DNA of 64,000 nucleotides from Candidatus Thalassarchaeum betae (GTDB lineage Archaea; Thermoplasmatota; Poseidoniia; Poseidoniales; Thalassarchaeaceae): NCBI GenBank assembly GCA_003193925.1, contig PSPG01000006.1, positions 1 to 64,000 of the forward strand, read 5' to 3'. Shown piece by piece: positions 58,711 to 64,000 of this stretch (position 1 is its first letter; each line of letters starts with the position of its first letter). The notes under the pieces were generated by a model. It saw only the letters and a program-made list of their open reading frames with translations, ran no database searches and was not told where the DNA came from. The position numbers and the translations under genes were made by a program.

Positions 58711-59991
58711 ATGCCAGACTGGAGTGTGAAGAATCCATACTCGTCAATACTCAGTGAGAACTTCGTTCTCAACAGCGAGGGATCACGTAAGGAGACCCGC
58801 CATGTCGTCTTCGACTTGGGCGACTCCGGATTGGAGTACAAGGCCGGCGATGCCATCGCCGTGATTCCGAGATGCCCGCCCGAACTGGTCGATGAGATAC
58901 TCTCCATGTGCAACTTCTCAGGGGACGAGAAGGTCGAGACCCACTTGGGGGCATGCAGCCTGCGGGAGGCACTCACAGACCGCTACGAGGTCCATCGTGT
59001 TTCGAAGAAGTGGATCGGGGGCTTGGGACCACGACTGACCTCTGACACCGGGACGATAGGGATTCGGATCGTCAAGCGACAGCGCGTCTCGTCCGACGAT
59101 GGCTCGCTGCTGATGGACTGGGAGGGCAGCGGAGTGGATGAAGACGTTCCCGAGGGGTACGCCGAGATAGGCTTTGCCAGCAATCCGGCCGAAGACCTGT
59201 GGAACGAACTCACTGGAGACGCCAAGGCGATGGAGGACTACATCTGGTCGCGCGACTACATCGACGTCCTCGGGGACTTCGGCCACATTGGATTCACCCC
59301 GCAGGAATTGGTCGACGGCATGGACCGGATGAAACCACGACTCTACTCGATAGCGAGCAGTCCCGAGCACGAGCCGGGCACCGTGCACCTGACCGTTGCC
59401 ACCGTGCGCTACAATCACCACGAGCGCGACCGAACCGGCCTATGTACTGGCTTCCTCGCCGAGCGCTGCGAGGTCGATGACACCGAAATCGGTGTGTTCA
59501 TGTCGCCGACCCGCTCGTTCGTTTTGCCCGAGGACGGCTCCATCGACATCATCATGGTCGGCCCGGGCACGGGCATCGCTCCGTTCCGAGCTTTCCTCCA
59601 GCAGCGTGAGTTCGATGGCGCGACCGGGCGCAATTGGCTGTTTTTCGGAGACTGGACCGAGGGGGGCGAATACTACTACCGCAAGGAGATGGAGGCTTGG
59701 AAGGAGAACGGATTGCTCGACAGGCATGACCTAGCGTGGTCCCGCGCTGGTCCGGAGAAGGTCTACGTCCAGCACCTCATGAAGCAGCACGGCGAGGAGA
59801 TCTGGAGCTGGCTCAGCGGCGGCGGCTACTTCTACGTCTGCGGCGACAAGAACTACATGGCCAAGGACGTGCATTCCACCCTCATCGAAATCTGCGCCGA
59901 GCACGGCGGCATGTCCGACGAGGAGGCGAAGGAGTTCGTCGAGACCGGCCTGATGAAGACCGAGAAGCGCTACCTGAGGGACGTCTACTGA
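58711..59991 (+). CDS. CysJ-like FAD/NADPH oxidoreductase lacking a flavodoxin domain
   Basis: KETRH, YKAGD, PRLYSIASS, GLCT, GPGTGIAPFR, KVYVQ, YVCGD, RYLRDVY. Confidence 0.88.
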   Translation: MPDWSVKNPYSSILSENFVLNSEGSRKETRHVVFDLGDSGLEYKAGDAIAVIPRCPPELVDEILSMCNFSGDEKVETHLGACSLREALTDRYEVHRVSKKWIGGLGPRLTSDTGTIGIRIVKRQRVSSDDGSLLMDWEGSGVDEDVPEGYAEIGFASNPAEDLWNELTGDAKAMEDYIWSRDYIDVLGDFGHIGFTPQELVDGMDRMKPRLYSIASSPEHEPGTVHLTVATVRYNHHERDRTGLCTGFLAERCEVDDTEIGVFMSPTRSFVLPEDGSIDIIMVGPGTGIAPFRAFLQQREFDGATGRNWLFFGDWTEGGEYYYRKEMEAWKENGLLDRHDLAWSRAGPEKVYVQHLMKQHGEEIWSWLSGGGYFYVCGDKNYMAKDVHSTLIEICAEHGGMSDEEAKEFVETGLMKTEKRYLRDVY

Positions 59992-60044
59992 CCCCGCCTC
60001 TGGCTCCGCATGACTCATACGACGCGCACGCAGGGGGCTTCACC

Positions 60045-61388
60045 ATGTTCCGGCGCGTTCTCATCGCGAACCGCGGCGAAATCGCGCTGCGGATACTGCG
60101 CTCTCTTCGCTCCCTCGGAATCGAGGCGGTTGTCGCTCACGGCCGCGATGACCGACTGACTCTGCCGGTCCGACTGGCTGACGAGGGCGTCTTCATCGCC
60201 CGAGACGACCCCTTGGCCTCCTATCTGGACATCGAGGCGATCGTGGCCGCGGCCAAGGAGGTCGGGGCCGACGCCGTTCACCCGGGCTACGGATTCCTAG
60301 CAGAGAACCCGACCTTCGCTGAGAGGCTGGCGGAGGAAGGCATCAAGTTCATCGGACCCAGCCCCGAGGTGCTACGACTCCTAGGTGACAAACTGGCGGC
60401 AAGAGATGCTATGGTCAAGGCCGGGTTACCGGTCGCTAAGGGCTCTGGCAAGCCGGTGTCCGAGCAGGCCGAAGCCAGCAGCGTGGCCGAGGAAATCGGC
60501 TACCCGGTGATGATCAAGGCCGCGGCCGGCGGGGGCGGCATCGGCATACAGGTGGTGAACTCCGCTGACGAGTTCGAGGCCGCACTGAGGCTCTGCCAAG
60601 GCCGCGCGCTCTCGGCCTTCGGCGATGATAGGGTCTTCATAGAGAAGTTCATCGAAGGCGCCCAACACATCGAATTCCAAGTCTTGGGCGACGGCTCGGA
60701 GGCGGTGCACTTCGGCGAGAGGTTCTGCTCTATACAACGCCGCCACCAGAAGATCCTCGAGGAGGGCCCGTGGCTGTCCGACGAGATACGGCAGCAACTC
60801 GGTGCGAAGGTCGTCGCAGGAGCAGAGGCTGTCGGCTACGAGGGACTGGCGACATTCGAGTTCCTTCGAGACACCGAGGGCGAGTTCTACTTCCTCGAGG
60901 TCAATCCGAGGGTGCAGGTAGAGCACACGGTGACCGAGATGATCGCCGGCGTCGACCTCGTCTCGTTGGGAATACGCGTGGCCGCTGGGGAGTCACTACC
61001 ACTCTCCCAGGATGACATCAAGCTCAGCGGGCACGCCATTCAGGTGAGGATCAACGCGGAGAACCCGTTCACGCTCGAGCCATCGCCGGGCCGTCTCTGG
61101 GAGTGCCACTGGCCCGGCGGCCCGGGCGTGCGCGTGGACACGCACGCGCACACGGGGTACGACATGCCCCCCTCCTTCGACTCACTACTGGCCAAGCTGG
61201 TCGTGTGGGCGCCCACGCGCGAGGAGGCCATTGCCAAGATGGACGCAGCGCTGGGCGAGACCCTGATTATCGGAGTGGACACTCTGATACCCCTGCACCG
61301 GGCGATTCTGAACGAGACCGACTTCCGCAATAGAGAAGTGAACGTGGAATACCTCGACGGGCACCCAGGACTGCTGGACGGGAGGTGA
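60045..61388 (+). CDS. accC: Biotin carboxylase
   Basis: VLIANRGEIA, HPGYGFLAEN, KAAAGGGG, CSIQRRHQK, EVNPRVQVEH, RINAE, FDSLLAKL. Confidence 0.92.
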   Translation: MFRRVLIANRGEIALRILRSLRSLGIEAVVAHGRDDRLTLPVRLADEGVFIARDDPLASYLDIEAIVAAAKEVGADAVHPGYGFLAENPTFAERLAEEGIKFIGPSPEVLRLLGDKLAARDAMVKAGLPVAKGSGKPVSEQAEASSVAEEIGYPVMIKAAAGGGGIGIQVVNSADEFEAALRLCQGRALSAFGDDRVFIEKFIEGAQHIEFQVLGDGSEAVHFGERFCSIQRRHQKILEEGPWLSDEIRQQLGAKVVAGAEAVGYEGLATFEFLRDTEGEFYFLEVNPRVQVEHTVTEMIAGVDLVSLGIRVAAGESLPLSQDDIKLSGHAIQVRINAENPFTLEPSPGRLWECHWPGGPGVRVDTHAHTGYDMPPSFDSLLAKLVVWAPTREEAIAKMDAALGETLIIGVDTLIPLHRAILNETDFRNREVNVEYLDGHPGLLDGR

Positions 61389-61392
61389 GGCA

Positions 61393-62355
61393 GTGGAGAT
61401 GGTGATCGTCGGAAGTATAGGTTTCGATGATATCGAGACTCCTGAGGCCAGCGGCTCCGATCTGCTCGGTGGGGCTGCCACTCACGCCGGCCTGTCATCT
61501 GTCTTCCATTTGCCGCTGCAACCGAGGAGGCCACCTAGGGTTGGCTTGGTCAGTGCGGTTGGAACCGACTTCCCGAGCGATGCTCAGATCATCCTCGAGG
61601 AAGCCGGACTCAACTTGGCAGGTGTGGTCCGCAGGGACGGCCGGACCTTCCGATGGGCCGGTCGATACGAGGGCTCGATGGAAGAGGTCCATACGATATC
61701 TACCGATGTCAACGTGCTGGGGGACTTCAGCCCCGAGGTCCCCGCCGCCTGGAACGACCCCGAAGTCCTGTTCTGCGCCAACACGCACCCGCGTACACAA
61801 GTCTCCGTGCTGGACCAGTGTCCCGGCGCGGCTGTGACCGCACTCGACTCCTTCATGCTGTGGATCGAGACCGAGTTCGAGGCCCTGTCAGAGGCCCTGC
61901 GCAAGGTCGACATCGCGATACTGAACGAGGAGGAGGTCTGTGCGATAGCAGGCGACGGAATCCTCTCTCGCGCCGTGGAAGCGGTTCGCTCCGGCGCCGC
62001 TCTGCACGGCGGCGAGGCCGCCGGACCAGGGCCCCGCAGCCTGATCGTCAAGCGTGGCGGGAGCGGCTCGGTCGCGCACCTTCCGTGCGGTACCATCACC
62101 CTCCCTGCCTATCCCACCGAGGACATGGTCGACCCCACGGGGTGCGGCGACTCCTTCGCCGGCGCACTGCTGGCCAACATAGCCGGGCGCAAGGGCGCGT
62201 TGAACCAGCTCGACACGATGCGCAACGCGCTTGTGCATGCTACTGTGACGGCCTCGTTCACCGTCGAGGGGCTGGGTGCATCGGGGCTTTACGAACTAGA
62301 GCGTGGGAGGTACCACGCTCGCGCTGACAAGTACCGACGAATGGTCGGGCTGTGA
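61393..62355 (+). CDS. PfkB family carbohydrate/nucleoside kinase
   Basis: VGSIGFD, LGGAA, VGTDF, NEEE, DPTGCGDSFAG. Confidence 0.9.
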   Translation: MEMVIVGSIGFDDIETPEASGSDLLGGAATHAGLSSVFHLPLQPRRPPRVGLVSAVGTDFPSDAQIILEEAGLNLAGVVRRDGRTFRWAGRYEGSMEEVHTISTDVNVLGDFSPEVPAAWNDPEVLFCANTHPRTQVSVLDQCPGAAVTALDSFMLWIETEFEALSEALRKVDIAILNEEEVCAIAGDGILSRAVEAVRSGAALHGGEAAGPGPRSLIVKRGGSGSVAHLPCGTITLPAYPTEDMVDPTGCGDSFAGALLANIAGRKGALNQLDTMRNALVHATVTASFTVEGLGASGLYELERGRYHARADKYRRMVGL

Positions 62356-64000
62356 TTACTCCAGCCTGCGGATTCCGGGCAGCGGATGCAGATCTCCTTT
62401 CGATGAGGTCCTCCTCAACTGCGAGAACCTCAGACCACCTGCTGGTGGGGGTAGCTCCGTGGGACCTCTCTCCTCCCCGCTCGACACCCTGTTGACGACT
62501 TCACTCAGGGCGTCCTTGGCCGAATGGCTCTGTGCCCCCTGCATCTCCCTGACTCGCGCAGCCACGTCAGCTTGGTGGTCCTGGTCGCTGCGCAGACGGA
62601 TGTGCTGTGAACTCTGGAAGCGAGCATCCGAGCTCGCGGTCCCGCCATCACCGTCACCATATTCGGAGGCATAGGAATGCACCCCCCTTCGAGCGGTTCT
62701 GGAAGCCGGGCGCAACAGGGCCTCAATCCAGCTGGGACTCGATTTTCGCATAGCCCTCTTGTTGGTCTTGACACGTCCGGTGCTCATGGAGCTCGCCAGC
62801 TTCGAGATGCCGGGAAACTCCTCGAGGCTGGCGGCGTCGAGGGCAGGCGGCGTAGGATTGCCGCCTTGGCCTAGAAGGGCCTGTCGGGCTCGGGCCTGCT
62901 TCACGACCCCCGCCCTGCATTCGTCTCTGACGGCATCTTGGGTCGGAGCGGGCAGGCCGGGTCCGAGGTAAGGTCCGGCAGGGGGTCCGAATCTGCTGTG
63001 GGCCCTCCTAATCAATTGGGAGCTGGTCGGCCTCCTCTGCACTGCCAGAGGGCCCGTGGCGTGGATGTAGGTGCTGGGTTCTGTGTAGGTCGGTGGGCTC
63101 GGCGTCGGGGTGCCCCTCGGCGGTGGAGTGGTCGGCGGCGAGTAGCTGGAAGGCGGTTCGGCATCAAAGATGCCGCCTTCGCCGAAGAGGTCCATGGCCC
63201 CGGCCGCAGCCTCCCCGAGAGCCGAGTCGATCCTGCTGTCTGCGTCAGGCTTCTCGTTGTACCAGTCGGGTGCCTCCTCACGACCCCAGGCCCTCACATA
63301 GGCATCCGGGACGGCCTCCTGCGGAGGAGCCGACGGCTGGTAGGTCTGAGGCGAGTATGACGGCTCAGTAGCGACGCGCTCCTCGGCCTCCCGGGGAAAC
63401 AACGGCTCTGTCGTGGCCTGAGGCGGCTCAGGTGCTGTGGTAGGCGCCGGAGCACCGAAATCGAAGGACATCAGCTCCTCCTCGATATCGGTCATGAGCA
63501 GGTCATCCTCGGGTGCGGCCAAGAGCCCCCTGGGCTCTGGCAGATTTCCGCCCGCATCCCTGAAAGCAGGGTATGACGGCAGTTCGGCATCGATGTGCTC
63601 GAGCCCCATCCTGGCCTCTTCCATCGAGCAGCCATGGCGGATTCGGTCGACCATCAGGCACAGTCTGAGCAGGACCCCCTCGCTGCCGGAGACGATGTGC
63701 CTGTCACCGGCCTCGGTCTCGATGGCTAGGACCGAGGTGCGAGAGACCAGGTATCCGAGCAGCGTCAGCGCGCCTGCAGCTGTCGACACCATGGCGTATG
63801 GAGGGAGCATGACGCTTACCCCGAGGTAGATTGCTAGGAAGCCCAAGGGGACCAATCCTCCAGGGAGCATCGGGACCTTCATGTGGCGCATTCTGGATAT
63901 CGACCCGAGCGTCAGTCTAATTCCGTGCCCATCGAATCTCTCCAGCGTCAGCTGACGCTTGGTGAGGACTGCGACGAACCTTCCTCCTGACCCGACCAGA
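62356..64000 (-). CDS. Membrane protein with long Pro/Ser-rich region (5'-partial)
   Basis: Frame stays open upstream of 63891 to the window end; two TM segments followed by a low-complexity region. Confidence 0.65.
   Translation of the reverse strand, partial: LVGSGGRFVAVLTKRQLTLERFDGHGIRLTLGSISRMRHMKVPMLPGGLVPLGFLAIYLGVSVMLPPYAMVSTAAGALTLLGYLVSRTSVLAIETEAGDRHIVSGSEGVLLRLCLMVDRIRHGCSMEEARMGLEHIDAELPSYPAFRDAGGNLPEPRGLLAAPEDDLLMTDIEEELMSFDFGAPAPTTAPEPPQATTEPLFPREAEERVATEPSYSPQTYQPSAPPQEAVPDAYVRAWGREEAPDWYNEKPDADSRIDSALGEAAAGAMDLFGEGGIFDAEPPSSYSPPTTPPPRGTPTPSPPTYTEPSTYIHATGPLAVQRRPTSSQLIRRAHSRFGPPAGPYLGPGLPAPTQDAVRDECRAGVVKQARARQALLGQGGNPTPPALDAASLEEFPGISKLASSMSTGRVKTNKRAMRKSSPSWIEALLRPASRTARRGVHSYASEYGDGDGGTASSDARFQSSQHIRLRSDQDHQADVAARVREMQGAQSHSAKDALSEVVNRVSSGEERGPTELPPPAGGLRFSQLRRTSSKGDLHPLPGIRRLE

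Noticed and set aside
59736-60044. N-terminal extensions from the ORF track (accC; likewise dnaK, moaC, coaD, aldehyde dehydrogenase, thermosome)
   Set aside because: They overlap neighbouring genes or promoters and lie before the family-typical N-termini; starts were trimmed.

Overview
Densely packed, GC-rich archaeal chromosome segment. The gene set (Orc1/Cdc6, thermosome, Bud32, archaeal PPAT-DUF359 fusion and Thermoplasmata-type small proteins, alongside bacterial-type DnaK, ThrRS, GlpX and class I aldolase, plus large acidic secreted proteins and peptidases) points to Marine Group II Euryarchaeota (Poseidoniales). This taxonomy is an inference. The window holds about 55 CDS and three tRNAs (Gly-GCC, Gly-CCC, Pro-CGG). 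Five items stand out. (1) A 1,632-bp integrase-less element is inserted in the 3' end of tRNA-Gly(GCC) between 27-bp direct repeats; excision would rebuild a 114-aa gene across attP. (2) A BoxB-like diiron protein with a single-domain BoxC-like crotonase and a 3-hydroxyacyl-CoA dehydrogenase suggests aerobic aryl-CoA epoxidation in an archaeon. (3) A cysteine-free Mrp/ApbC ATPase has an Ig-repeat-like segment in place of its CxxC motif. (4) A strongly base-paired ~300-nt intergenic RNA candidate lies upstream of coaD. (5) A low-GC EEP phosphoesterase domain is fused in frame to a GC-rich secreted protein. All family assignments come from motif recognition by eye; no database searches were run.
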